Of a stretch of DNA of 64,000 bases, positions 29,981 through 39,552 are shown in pieces. Position numbers and translations under genes: made by a program. How positions within the stretch are numbered: position 1 is the stretch's first letter; each line of letters starts with the position of its first letter. Source of the DNA: Candidatus Latescibacterota bacterium (GTDB lineage Bacteria > Latescibacterota > UBA2968 > GCA-2709665); NCBI GenBank assembly GCA_965248435.1, contig OZ252100.1, forward strand, positions 1,376,001 to 1,440,000, read 5' to 3'. The notes beneath the pieces are model-generated. The model worked only from the letters and a program-made list of their open reading frames with translations, made no database searches and was not told the DNA's origin.

Positions 29981-30631
29981 ATGATCAAAGCCCTCATCTT
30001 CGACTTCGACGGCCTGATCCTGGACACTGAAGTCCCAGCCTACGAGGCCTGGAAAAAAATCTATCGTTCATACGGTTTCGATCTGGACGTATCCACCTGG
30101 GTCTCGTGCATCGGGACGAGTGGAGGGTTCGACCCGTACGAGGATCTTCCGAGACGGGTCGGTCGATCGATCGATCAGGGCGAGATCTCAGAGAAGCGCC
30201 AGAAGCTGAGCGCGCTGATGATCGATGGCCAGCCTTTGTTACCCGGCGTAGAGGACAGGATCGAGGAAGCCAAGCGCCTGGGGTTGAAACTCGGCGTGGC
30301 GTCCAACTCCACCGACGAGTGGGTCACAGGACATCTGGATCGATTGGGCCTGGAACACCACTTCGACGCCTTCTCTTTCAGGAACTGGGTTGAGAATCCA
30401 AAACCACACCCCGATATCTATGAGGCGATCATGGACAAACTCGAGATCCACGGCGATCAAGGCCTCGCGCTCGAGGACTCGCCGAACGGGATCCTGTCGG
30501 CCAAGAGGGCAGGGTTGTTCTGCGTCGCCGTCCCCAATCCACTCACGAAGGGGCTGGACCTGAGTAAAGCCGACTTGATGCTGGACTCGCTGGCAGACCT
30601 CTCCCTTGAGAAAAGTCTGGAGAAATTCTGA
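29981..30631 (+). CDS. HAD-superfamily hydrolase (beta-PGM/CbbY-like)
   Basis: DFDGLILDT, ASNS, KPHPD, EDSPNG. Confidence 0.92.
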   Translation: MIKALIFDFDGLILDTEVPAYEAWKKIYRSYGFDLDVSTWVSCIGTSGGFDPYEDLPRRVGRSIDQGEISEKRQKLSALMIDGQPLLPGVEDRIEEAKRLGLKLGVASNSTDEWVTGHLDRLGLEHHFDAFSFRNWVENPKPHPDIYEAIMDKLEIHGDQGLALEDSPNGILSAKRAGLFCVAVPNPLTKGLDLSKADLMLDSLADLSLEKSLEKF

Positions 30632-30742
30632 TTCAGGCTTCCCTGCACAGGTCGCAGCTGCAAGTTCGCATTTCTGATCTTGACAGTGATGGGCCTCTCG
30701 TTTATCTTCCGACCCGTTCAAGATCCCTATATAGAGGCAACG

Positions 30743-30904
30743 ATGACGACAGTATTGCTTAAAGAGAAATTGGTTGTTTTCAATCCGCGGACGTCCCAGG
30801 CCCTTAACGGGGCGACGTGTGCTCTGTCTGGTAACCACGCCCACGATCATATCACCGGGACCTCGGGTTCTCGACCGCTGGCGGTGGGTATATTGAGGAT
30901 GTGA
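30743..30904 (+). CDS. Putative 53-aa leader peptide or small protein
   Basis: TTGACA promoter at 30680, AGAGG RBS, ATG...TGA directly followed by a terminator. Confidence 0.4.
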   Translation: MTTVLLKEKLVVFNPRTSQALNGATCALSGNHAHDHITGTSGSRPLAVGILRM

Positions 30905-30931
30905 ATCAACCTTTAGATCTTGTCTCAATTG

Positions 30932-30963
30932 CCCGCTGCCGAGTGTTCGGCAGCGGGTTTTTT
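30932..30963 (+). terminator. Intrinsic terminator, possibly an attenuator
   Basis: CCCGCTGCCGA-GTGT-TCGGCAGCGGG-TTTTTT. Confidence 0.8.
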
Positions 30964-31026
30964 CATTACGAAAGACACGGCGACGGTCGACATGGAAAAC
31001 AAATCCCCCCTGCCCCCCTTTGTAAA

Positions 31027-32348
31027 GGTTCTTCGTCAAATGTTGGGGTAGAAAATAGACGAGACAACGGCATCCGACCTATCTTCAGAGTATCCTCTAT
31101 AAACCTGAAGGTAGAAAGGAGAGCGCGTTGTCTCAGGTGCAAAGTATATCCTTACTGGGTAGGTGGCAAGGGTTTGTGGTAGTTGGCATTCAACGTCAGG
31201 AAGCAGACGTTGTTGGAGTCGAGTTACGTCCCAAGACAGGCCGCCTTCCTCGGTGTGGTGGTTGCGGGAAGAAGGCGTACCGGGTTCATGATTGGGCAGT
31301 GCGATTTGCTCAGGATTTGCCGATCTGGGGGTCTCGAACCAGGCTGATCGTGCACTCCCGGCGCGTCCTATGTCCCCGATGTGGCTGCCGGACGGAGCAG
31401 ATTGACTGGCTGGATCGGTATTCACGGGTCACTCAACGCCTGGCTGAAAGTGTTGTTCGATTGTGCGAAGTCCTGCCCATCCAGCACGTGGCACAGCACT
31501 ATGGGATGAGCTGGAATACCGTGAAGCGCATTCACAAGACCCATCTCCAGCAAGAGCTGGAACCGCCGGATTTTGCCAGGGTCACGGTGATCGGCATGGA
31601 CGAATTTGCGATCCAAAAGGGCCATCGCTACGCCACAGTGATTGTTGACATGGAGACCAAGCGTGTCCTATGGGTGGGTCGCGGCCGAAGTCGAGAGGAC
31701 ATCCGCCCGTTTTTCCACCTCCTTGGAGAAGAAGGCTGCAAGCAACTTGAGGCCGTGGCGATGGACATGAACGGTGCCTACGAAGAGGAGGTGCGATCCC
31801 ATTGTCCGGATGTGGACATCATCTATGACCTGTATCACGTTAAAGCCAAGTACAACCGCGACGTCGTCGAGCGAGTACGCATCGACGAACTGGGTCGGGT
31901 GCGCGGTGGCCGACCCGATCGCAAAGTGACTCAGAACCAACGGTGGTTGCTCCTGCGCAGCAAAGCAAATGTCACGAGCAAAGAAGACAGAGTGTCGCTA
32001 AGAGAATTGCTTTCTGCAAACAAACGCCTCTACACGGTATACCTCCTCAAAGAGGATCTCAATCATCTCTGGTCTTATCGATCCAGAGCTGCGGCCAACA
32101 GATTCTGGAATCAGTGGTATCGACGCGCCATCTACAGCAAGATCGAGCCACTCAAGAAATTCGCACGCAATCTGAAGACGTATATGCCAGGAATCCTAGC
32201 TCACTGTGACTATCCCATCGGGACAAGCCTGATTGAGGGAATTAACAACAAAATCAAGGTCATCAAGCGGATGGCATATGGCTTCAGGGATGATAATTAT
32301 TTCTTTCTTAGAATCCGCCACGCCTTCCCCGGAAATCGGTGATGAACC
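31027..32348 (+). mobile_element. ISL3-family insertion sequence (~1322 bp)
   Basis: Imperfect terminal IRs GGTTCTTCGTCAAATGTTGGGGTAG / GGTTCATCACCGATTTCCGGGGAAG enclosing the transposase. Confidence 0.88.
31128..32342 (+). CDS. ISL3 family transposase
   Basis: Zn-finger CGGC/CPRC, IGMDEFA..GHRYAT, AMDM, YDLYH, EGINNKIKVIKRMAYGFR. Confidence 0.95.
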   Translation: MSQVQSISLLGRWQGFVVVGIQRQEADVVGVELRPKTGRLPRCGGCGKKAYRVHDWAVRFAQDLPIWGSRTRLIVHSRRVLCPRCGCRTEQIDWLDRYSRVTQRLAESVVRLCEVLPIQHVAQHYGMSWNTVKRIHKTHLQQELEPPDFARVTVIGMDEFAIQKGHRYATVIVDMETKRVLWVGRGRSREDIRPFFHLLGEEGCKQLEAVAMDMNGAYEEEVRSHCPDVDIIYDLYHVKAKYNRDVVERVRIDELGRVRGGRPDRKVTQNQRWLLLRSKANVTSKEDRVSLRELLSANKRLYTVYLLKEDLNHLWSYRSRAAANRFWNQWYRRAIYSKIEPLKKFARNLKTYMPGILAHCDYPIGTSLIEGINNKIKVIKRMAYGFRDDNYFFLRIRHAFPGNR

Positions 32349-32404
32349 TTTACGAAAGGGGGGAGATTGCACCTACATAAAATAGTAGCCATCCTGGAAT
32401 AGAT

Positions 32405-32446
32405 TCTTCCCCCTTTGAAAAAAGGGGACTGAGGGGGATTTCAAAA
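32405..32446. repeat. REP-like palindrome, inverted partner of the IS-interrupted copy at 31001-31026/32349-32365
   Basis: ttcccccctttgaaaaaaggggactgagggggatttc vs aaatcccccctgcccccctttgtaaa.. Confidence 0.65.
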
Positions 32447-32492
32447 TACATCACGAACTCTTTTCGACGAAGGACATAGCAAAGGAGATCCG

Positions 32493-32684
32493 ATGAGTAA
32501 ATTCGGCGCATACGAGATACTGCCGTTCATTGCCGATCTGTATGACTTCATTCCGGGCTACCATGATCGACGCGACATGGACTTTTACCTGGATTACGCC
32601 TCGTCGGCGAACGGAAAGATACTGGAACTGGGGTGTGGTACAGGGAGAGTTCTGATACCGATAGCCAGAGCGGACGGAGGGTGA
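32493..32684 (+). pseudogene. Truncated class I SAM-dependent methyltransferase
   Basis: AGGAGA RBS; ILELGCGTGRV motif I, then a premature stop. Confidence 0.75.
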
Positions 32685-32805
32685 GGTTCCCGTGATCCGA
32701 GATACGGGATTCCTTTTGCTCCCTGACCAAGCCGGTTTTATATTGTCACCTCGTTCAGCCCATACTGAGCGATCCGTCGACTCTTTGATTCAGGGGGGAC
32801 CTGCT

Positions 32806-33774
32806 GTGGCATACGATCTGAAAGTCTTCACCGGAAGCACCAACCGGGCCCTTGCGGAAGAAATCTGCTCCGGTCTGGAAATCAGCCTGGGCGAAGCCGA
32901 AGTCTCGAAGTTCCCGGGTGGAGAGACGAATGTACAGATCGGCGAGAATGTGAGAGGGAACGACGTCTACATCATTCAGCCGGTTTGTGCGAGCGACGGA
33001 ACGACCCCAAACGACGCACTGATGGAACTCCTCATCCTCATCGATGCCGCGCGCAGGGCCTCGTCTCGACGAATTACGGCCGTGCTCCCCTACTACGGCT
33101 ACGGACGTAAAGACAGGAAGGATCGCCCAAGGGCTCCTATTACCGCAAAACTCGTCAGCAATCTCATCGTCACGGCGGGTGCCAGGCGAGTCCTCACTCT
33201 GGACCTTCATGCCGGCCAGATCCAGGGATTCTTCGACATCCCGGTCGACCACCTTTATTCGATTAATATCTTCGCGAAATATCTGATAGAAAAGAATCTG
33301 GAGAATCCCGTCGTCGTAACACCGGACGTGGGGGGTGTGAAAATGGCGAGGGCCTATTCCAATCTTCTGAGCGCACCTCTTGCCATCGTAGACAAGCGTC
33401 GCCAGAGTGGAGATGAAACCGAGGTGATGAACGTCATCGGAGACGTGAAGGGAAAGAACGTCGTTATTACCGACGATCTGATCTCGACCGGAGGATCGCT
33501 CGTAGATGCGGCATCAGTCCTGAAAGAAAAGGGGGCAAATGAGATTTTCGCGGTGACCGTACATCCCGTGCTCGCGGGACAAGCGGCCCAACGTATCGAC
33601 GAATCCGTCCTCACGGAACTGGTGGTCTCGAACTCCATCCCCGTGCCGCAGAGTGCTCAAAACGGGAAGATCACGGTTTTGTCGGTGGCCCCGATCCTGG
33701 CCGAGGCTATTCGCCGAATACACAACGACGAATCGGTCAGCTCTCTGTTTGTAGACTCCCACGTCGAAGGATAG
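32806..33774 (+). CDS. prs: Ribose-phosphate pyrophosphokinase
   Basis: FPGGE, PYYGYGRKDRK, DLHAGQIQGFF, PDVGG, DDLISTGGS; GTG start inferred. Confidence 0.95.
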   Translation: MAYDLKVFTGSTNRALAEEICSGLEISLGEAEVSKFPGGETNVQIGENVRGNDVYIIQPVCASDGTTPNDALMELLILIDAARRASSRRITAVLPYYGYGRKDRKDRPRAPITAKLVSNLIVTAGARRVLTLDLHAGQIQGFFDIPVDHLYSINIFAKYLIEKNLENPVVVTPDVGGVKMARAYSNLLSAPLAIVDKRRQSGDETEVMNVIGDVKGKNVVITDDLISTGGSLVDAASVLKEKGANEIFAVTVHPVLAGQAAQRIDESVLTELVVSNSIPVPQSAQNGKITVLSVAPILAEAIRRIHNDESVSSLFVDSHVEG

Positions 33775-33794
33775 CGCGAAAGACTCCGTCCATA

Positions 33795-34223
33795 ATGGCG
33801 ATCGCAAAGCAGGACGATACTGTTAAAATAAACTATGTGGGACGTTTGGAAGACAACGCTGTCTTCGATGCTGACTACGAATCAGAACCCTTCGAATTTA
33901 CGATCGGCAAAGAGATGGTGATTCCGGGCTTTGAAAACGAAGTCATCGGGATGCAGGAAGGCGACAAAAAGGTCATCACGATCCCACCGGAAGAGGCCTT
34001 TGGACCTATCAAGAAGGACCTCATCGTGGTCGTCAAGAAGTCACAGATCCCCTCCAACATACAGCCGAAGGTGGGTATGAAACTCGAGGCCGCCCTCGAG
34101 GGTGACACCAAGGTGGAGGTTCTCATCAAGGATGTTTCTGAGAACGAGGTGACCCTCGACAGCAATCATCCCCTTGCGGGCAAGCAGGTCACCTTTGAAA
34201 TCACCCTCCTGCAAATTCTTTGA
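33795..34223 (+). CDS. FKBP-type peptidyl-prolyl isomerase (SlyD/SlpA-like)
   Basis: VIPGFE, IPPEEAFG, DSNHPLAGK. Confidence 0.92.
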   Translation: MAIAKQDDTVKINYVGRLEDNAVFDADYESEPFEFTIGKEMVIPGFENEVIGMQEGDKKVITIPPEEAFGPIKKDLIVVVKKSQIPSNIQPKVGMKLEAALEGDTKVEVLIKDVSENEVTLDSNHPLAGKQVTFEITLLQIL

Positions 34224-34368
34224 TATCCGTATTTCGTATCTCGTATCTCGGTGGCTTGTCATCTTGCCAATTTCTTGATTTCGCAGAATTCGTGACCTGT
34301 CTTGTGGTCTTCTTTTTGGACTACAGATTCCATCCGACGAGATACGTTTCACGAGATACGAGATACGC
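34224..34368. repeat. Inverted heptamer tandem array (CGTATCT / AGATACG)
   Basis: cgtatttcgtatctcgtatctcg ... acgagatacgtttcacgagatacgagatacg. Confidence 0.7.
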
Positions 34369-34370
34369 TC

Positions 34371-34742
34371 CTATTGTGCTTTCCAGACTTGCCACGCCAG
34401 GCAGATCCATCCTCCCAAGAAGGCCAACCCCCCTACCGGTGTAATAGCGCCCAGCCACCGCACGCCCGTTATACTCAGCACATACAGACTTCCTGAAAAA
34501 ATCACTGTTCCGGCTACGAAGAGCCATCCGGCCGTCGCGCCGACGGCGTCCGGCCACCGAGTGATCGCCCACGCCGTTCCCAGCAGCGCGAGGGCGTGGT
34601 AGAACTGATAACGCACACCGACCTCGAACGCGTTCAGCATATCCGGATCGAGGCGATGCTTGAGTCCGTGTGCCGCGAATGCGCCGAGTGCGACGGCCAG
34701 GAATGCCGAGAGCGAGCCGATGCAGAAGAATAGCCGATCCAT
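34371..34742 (-). CDS. DUF423 (YgdD/TMEM256) membrane protein
   Basis: GAFAAHGL, RYQFYHAL, FSGSLY, GAITPVGG. Confidence 0.9.
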   Translation of the reverse strand: MDRLFFCIGSLSAFLAVALGAFAAHGLKHRLDPDMLNAFEVGVRYQFYHALALLGTAWAITRWPDAVGATAGWLFVAGTVIFSGSLYVLSITGVRWLGAITPVGGLAFLGGWICLAWQVWKAQ

Positions 34743-34873
34743 GTTAGGAGCTCCGTTAATTGCGGATTTCGGATTTCGGAAAGGCAGAAGGGCGTGATTC
34801 GCGAAGCGGCTGGTTGCAAGGAATCGCACACCGCGGCCCTGATAGCTTTGAGCAATGCATTTCGAGAGGAAAA

Positions 34874-35662
34874 TTACGGAATTCCGAACCCGAATGATCG
34901 GAAAATTTTCTGGGCCGGTTTTGAACTAAGATATTTCATGAATTTGTTGACCGGCGCGCGGTCTTTGCCCTTCAGGATAGCGACGGGATATTCGATCGGA
35001 CCGGACACCTCTTTCGGGAAGCGGGCGATCACATCGACCCTGGAACTCAGGGCGGCGTCCGTCGCATAGACAATCCCGGCGGGGCAGACCCCGCGCTCCA
35101 CGTAGACCAGCGTTGTCCTCACGTCGTGCCCGACGGCGAGGCGATCCTTCACGCCCACCCACCACCCCAACCCTTGTAGTGCCTGTCTGGCATAGATTCC
35201 TGCCGGTACGTGGGAGGGATCGCCGACGGCAAGCCGGCCCTCGAATGCCAAAGCGAAATCGAATCCCTTTTCTGCTTCCACCTCAAATCCCTCACCCTTC
35301 GGCGCCACTACGACCAACTCGTTGCGCAACAGGGGTCTTCTCGATCCTTCCTCGATCAAGGCCCTGGCTTCCAGGTAATCCATCCACGCGATATTGGCAG
35401 ACAAGAACAGATCCGCAGGCGCGCCCCGTTCGATCTGACGGGCAAGGGTTGACGAGCCGGCGAACGAAGACACGACGGCAACGCCCGTCTCCTCCCTGAA
35501 TGCCTCGGCTATATTCTCGACAGCATTCGTGAGGCTCGCCGCGGCGTAGACGTGTACGACCTCGTCACTCGCCTGCGGCTCCAGGCCGATCCCGAAAAAC
35601 AGGACGATCGAAAGCAGAGATACGAAGTGACCGCGCCGAAGCTGATTCGGTCCGACCATCAT
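34874..35662 (-). CDS. modA: Molybdate ABC transporter substrate-binding protein
   Basis: AAASL, AGSSTLARQI, SAN, VPAGIYA, VYATDA; the start overlaps the upstream stop (ATGA). Confidence 0.92.
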   Translation of the reverse strand: MMVGPNQLRRGHFVSLLSIVLFFGIGLEPQASDEVVHVYAAASLTNAVENIAEAFREETGVAVVSSFAGSSTLARQIERGAPADLFLSANIAWMDYLEARALIEEGSRRPLLRNELVVVAPKGEGFEVEAEKGFDFALAFEGRLAVGDPSHVPAGIYARQALQGLGWWVGVKDRLAVGHDVRTTLVYVERGVCPAGIVYATDAALSSRVDVIARFPKEVSGPIEYPVAILKGKDRAPVNKFMKYLSSKPAQKIFRSFGFGIP

Positions 35663-36705
35663 TCCTCCGAAGCGTAGCGTCTGCGAAGCACGCCTTCCGC
35701 CGGTTTTCCCTGAGGCGTGAATCCCCGTGTTCGCCTTTGTGAAACGCGGTCGTCCGGGAACCACTTCCAGATGTAAAGCCCGTTGAACCACGGGCGGTCC
35801 CAGAATACCTCGAACATCGCCTCGTAGCAGAGCGTCTGAATCTCGAAATCCACGCGGTCTCCGGAGCGCCAGACCCACGGCTCTTCGGCCGCGTCCCCCG
35901 TGCTGCGGTAGCCGACCTCGGTAAAGAGAACGGGCTTCCCGACGCGCCTCTGCACGGCCTCGATCCGTTCCACGTAGGGCTGCCACGCCGTTTTCAGAGA
36001 AGAGAGGGTGACCTCCTCTTCGTCGTTTCCGAGGGGAAAGTAAGCCTGGATCCCGATATAGTCGAGCAACTCCCAGAAGGGCACCTCCTCGAACTCCTGA
36101 TACCAGTTCGCCGAATAGGTCAGCTCCCCGCTGAAAATCTTTCTCGTCTCCAGAATCAACTCGCGCCATTTGTCCGGATGTTTCAACACTGTGCTCCTCA
36201 ACTCGGTCCCGACACACAGGGCCTCCATTCCGTGTTTCTCGGCCAACACCGCGTAGTGGAGGATGAACCTGCGGTAGCTCACCCACCAGGTCTCCCACTC
36301 TTCCTGAGTCGCAAAGTCGATTTCCCCGCGCCATTTGCCCTCGCGCCGGTCCCGGATCCAGATATGGGGCTTCAGGATCGTCCGAATGCCTCGGAGCCGC
36401 GCCTTGTGAGTCGCCTCCACGAGTCCCGCGTCCCTCTCCCCCCACCATACCCTACCTGAAGTGGCCAGGACGACCTCCGGATCATCGTGGCGTTGCTGCC
36501 ATCCAAACGGCGTCTGCGAGATCCAGTTGACGTTCAGCTCGGAGAGACGGTCGAACGCCTCATCGGACGGTCTTCGCCGGCCGGCCACGAAACAGACGCC
36601 ACGATGGCGTTCTAGTAGAGACGACGGCCCAGGAATCCGATCAGGCTCGTCTGCATGGGCTATGGCGCTTAAGAAAAGCGCGACTGTGGTCAAAAACGCT
36701 GTCAT
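35659..36705 (-). CDS. Glycoside hydrolase family 113-like secreted protein
   Basis: Signal peptide; LKPHIW, GTEL, YSANW, AYFPL, FTEVGY, TPQGKPAE. Confidence 0.8.
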   Translation of the reverse strand: MTAFLTTVALFLSAIAHADEPDRIPGPSSLLERHRGVCFVAGRRRPSDEAFDRLSELNVNWISQTPFGWQQRHDDPEVVLATSGRVWWGERDAGLVEATHKARLRGIRTILKPHIWIRDRREGKWRGEIDFATQEEWETWWVSYRRFILHYAVLAEKHGMEALCVGTELRSTVLKHPDKWRELILETRKIFSGELTYSANWYQEFEEVPFWELLDYIGIQAYFPLGNDEEEVTLSSLKTAWQPYVERIEAVQRRVGKPVLFTEVGYRSTGDAAEEPWVWRSGDRVDFEIQTLCYEAMFEVFWDRPWFNGLYIWKWFPDDRVSQRRTRGFTPQGKPAEGVLRRRYASEE

Positions 36706-36722
36706 CTTCAACCACCCTTCAA

Positions 36723-36842
36723 GGCCCTCACCCCCAGCCCCTCTCCCACACGTGGGAGAGGGGAGATGGCGATGTGATCTGTTTTTTCCCTCTCCCATTT
36801 ATGGGAGAGGGATGCCGAGTGAAGCGAGGCAGGGTGAGGGCC
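36723..36842. repeat. REPIN-like pair of palindromes
   Basis: ggccctcacccccagcccctctcccacacgtgggagagggg ... ccctctcccatttatgggagaggg..gggtgagggcc. Confidence 0.75.
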
Positions 36843-36854
36843 GTCTTAGCCATC

Positions 36855-36886
36855 AAAAAGCCCGGCGCGTGATTCACCGGGCTTTT
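36855..36886. terminator. Bidirectional terminator
   Basis: AAAAAGCCCGG...CCGGGCTTTT. Confidence 0.65.
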
Positions 36887-36911
36887 GTTGAATTTGAGTT
36901 CTGCACGTCAA

Positions 36912-37721
36912 TCAGTAGACCATCTCTGCGGCTTTTCCCTCTACCGGGATGTGTTCAGGAAAGATCCCCGGATACCCGTAACCCGTGGGGATGTGTCTCG
37001 TGGCCGTGTCCACGTAACAGACACTGAAGCCTCTCCGGGGTCGATCCGTCGTGTTGGCGTCGGATTGATGCAGGGTGAAATTGTGCAGCAGGACGACCTC
37101 TCCCATCTCCATTTCGAGGTAGAGCCGATTCTCGTCAGGCGCGTGAATGGCCGCTTCCTCCGGCGACAGCGAGTCGCCTTTCTCAGGAATGGCGAACTTG
37201 TGCGAACCCGGGATAATCTGAAGACAGCCGTTGGCGATGCTGGTTGGGTCCAGGGCAGTCCAGATCGTGACGAGGGGCGTGATGTTCATATTCCAGCCGC
37301 CCGCGCCGTCCTGGTGCCATCCCTTTGCGATGCCCCGCCCGGCAGGCTTGTTGAAGAACATCGACCGATAGACCGAAATCTCATCACCGATGATCTTCGC
37401 CGTGATGTCACGGAACATCGGGTGCTGGATGTAAGCGCGAAACAGGGGATCCTTCTCGAGTCCTTCGACCTTCCGGTATTTCAACGAGGCGATCTTGAAC
37501 GTCTTTGTCTGCTCTGAAAGCTCCGCCTCTCCCCCTGCCGAAGGACAGAGCTGCATCAGCAGATTGTCATACTGAATTTTGCCCAGCATGATGTCATCGA
37601 TGCGCTGACCGAGGGCCTCGATCTCAGCGTCGGGTGCCACCTTACCCAGACGCACGTATCCATTTTCGTGAAACTCCGCCAGCTCTTGTTCAGTCAGTGC
37701 GGGTTCGCGCAGGCTTCCCAC
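36912..37721 (-). CDS. Phytanoyl-CoA dioxygenase (PhyH) family
   Basis: WHQD, NGCLQIIPGSH, LHQS..N..R. Confidence 0.9.
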   Translation of the reverse strand: MGSLREPALTEQELAEFHENGYVRLGKVAPDAEIEALGQRIDDIMLGKIQYDNLLMQLCPSAGGEAELSEQTKTFKIASLKYRKVEGLEKDPLFRAYIQHPMFRDITAKIIGDEISVYRSMFFNKPAGRGIAKGWHQDGAGGWNMNITPLVTIWTALDPTSIANGCLQIIPGSHKFAIPEKGDSLSPEEAAIHAPDENRLYLEMEMGEVVLLHNFTLHQSDANTTDRPRRGFSVCYVDTATRHIPTGYGYPGIFPEHIPVEGKAAEMVY

Positions 37722-37908
37722 GTCGCGACCCCCTTATGTAGAATGCGTACGGACATTTGTTGCGGTCGCGATAAAATACGAACCTGCCTGGCGTTCGTCA
37801 ACCCGCGCGGCGCATCGGCACCTTGACAAACGCGTGGCTTGGTTTAAATTGGAGTAAAATCAATCCTTTGTGTCAATCACTGCTTGAGATGGAAGTCTAA
37901 GAGGCCGC

Positions 37909-39375
37909 ATGTCAGATCGTCGATTCACATGCTTCAACGAAGAGGTTCTCGAGGCCCAGGCAAGGGTCTGCACGGGACCTCATCAGACCCGGCCCCTCGG
38001 GGTCAAGCCGTCCGATCCGCAGCCCGGACCGATCCTCGAACTCATCCTCAAATCGTCAAAGGGAGAACTTTCCCCGGACCAGGAGGTCTCAGACGCGCAG
38101 ATGGGCGCTTTTTTTACGGGGATGACGATCCGAAAGCGCTTCCCGGAAAAGACGCGCTGGAGCGATGCGGAACGCGAGGCCTTCGACCGATACAGCGCCG
38201 ACCTGGAGCGGATGCCGCCCGAAGTCAGATTCCTGATCGAACCCGACCAGGTCTGCAAGGCAACGAATGCCCAGGAACAGATCGTGATTGCCTCTCTCGA
38301 AAAGATCCTGAGCGGCGAACATCTCAGCTACGATGAAACCCGGCGGACGGGGGAAGCGATCCTGAACGGCCAGGTCCGGGACGCCCTAAAGGCAGCTGCC
38401 CTGATCGGCCAGCGAATGAACCGCGAAACCTACGACGAACTGCGCGGATACCTGGACGCGACACTGGGGCCCGAGCAGGTCCTTGAAGTCGACGTCGGCT
38501 CCCTTACCCATCTGGGCGAGCCGTTCGACGGATCGACACGTTTCTTCAGACCGACCCTGTTTGTCGCCGCAGTCCGCGCGGCGCTCGGCGAGGCCTCTGT
38601 CCTCTACGGCGTCGACGAAATGCCGCCCAAGAACGGCGTCACAGATGAGCAGATCCTGAACGCGCTGGGCGGCCGCACAGATAACTCCCTACACGAAGCG
38701 AAAGACCTGATCGAAGACCCGGAGGTCGGGTTCGCTTACGTCAGTCAGCGCATCTATTCGCCTGGGGCCTACGCGATCCGCGATCTGCGCGTGCACATCA
38801 AGAAGCGGCCTCCCTGGTCTGCCACGGAGAAGGCGCAGCGGTTGTTCTCTTCCCCCAGAGCGAACCATATGATCATCGGATATTTCCATCCGGGGTACGA
38901 GGCGCCGCTCTTACAGCTGATGTGGGACCGGGGGTTTCAGGCGGGACTTGCCATCAAGGGGGAGGAAGGCACGAGCCACTATGCCCTGCGGGCGGGCAAA
39001 CCTTCTGACGACGGTCGAAAAGCGGTGAACTATTCGCAGGGATTCAAGCGCCTTGGCGAGGAGCGGCACGACTTTTCTTGCGACGTAGATCCGGCGGAGT
39101 ACGGCTTCGAATACGATCACAGTCCCCGGCTGGACTCAGTGAGCGCTGAAGCGTTCGCGAAGGCCGGCCTCGCGGCCCTATCGGGCGAGAAGGGTCAGGT
39201 CTACGACCGGATCGTGTTGAACGCGGCCGTGAAGGACCATCTTCTGGGGCTCTGCTCGGACCCGCGCGAGGCGATCGAGCGATGCAGGGAGGCGATGGAC
39301 AGCGGGAGCGCTTTGCGCTGTCTGAAGGCCTACCTTGAAAGAACAAAAAGGACTGCCCAGATCCAGAAGGTCTGA
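37909..39375 (+). CDS. Anthranilate phosphoribosyltransferase-like protein (TrpD/YbiB superfamily)
   Basis: AQMGAFF, GEPFDG, MPPKNGVT, KRPPWSATEK, KGEEG, LNAA; TTGACA promoter at ~37823. Confidence 0.7.
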   Translation: MSDRRFTCFNEEVLEAQARVCTGPHQTRPLGVKPSDPQPGPILELILKSSKGELSPDQEVSDAQMGAFFTGMTIRKRFPEKTRWSDAEREAFDRYSADLERMPPEVRFLIEPDQVCKATNAQEQIVIASLEKILSGEHLSYDETRRTGEAILNGQVRDALKAAALIGQRMNRETYDELRGYLDATLGPEQVLEVDVGSLTHLGEPFDGSTRFFRPTLFVAAVRAALGEASVLYGVDEMPPKNGVTDEQILNALGGRTDNSLHEAKDLIEDPEVGFAYVSQRIYSPGAYAIRDLRVHIKKRPPWSATEKAQRLFSSPRANHMIIGYFHPGYEAPLLQLMWDRGFQAGLAIKGEEGTSHYALRAGKPSDDGRKAVNYSQGFKRLGEERHDFSCDVDPAEYGFEYDHSPRLDSVSAEAFAKAGLAALSGEKGQVYDRIVLNAAVKDHLLGLCSDPREAIERCREAMDSGSALRCLKAYLERTKRTAQIQKV

Positions 39376-39552
39376 CTCACTCAGGACATAAACTTGCGGC
39401 CCCAGCGAAGATCACTGGGGCCGTTTCATTTTCTGCCCAAGCTTTGGCGTTCGGAAGATGGTTCTACCAAATTTGGGGTCTTTCTCACCAACCCACTACA
39501 CTGGTTTCACTCTTATTCACTTGACATCGAGCAGAGGTTGTCTCCCGCTTAT

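Noticed and set aside
34874-36448. 524-aa ORF suggesting a ModA fusion
   Set aside because: The N-terminal half is an off-frame overlap of the GH113 gene. ModA starts at 35662 with its own GGAGG RBS and signal peptide.
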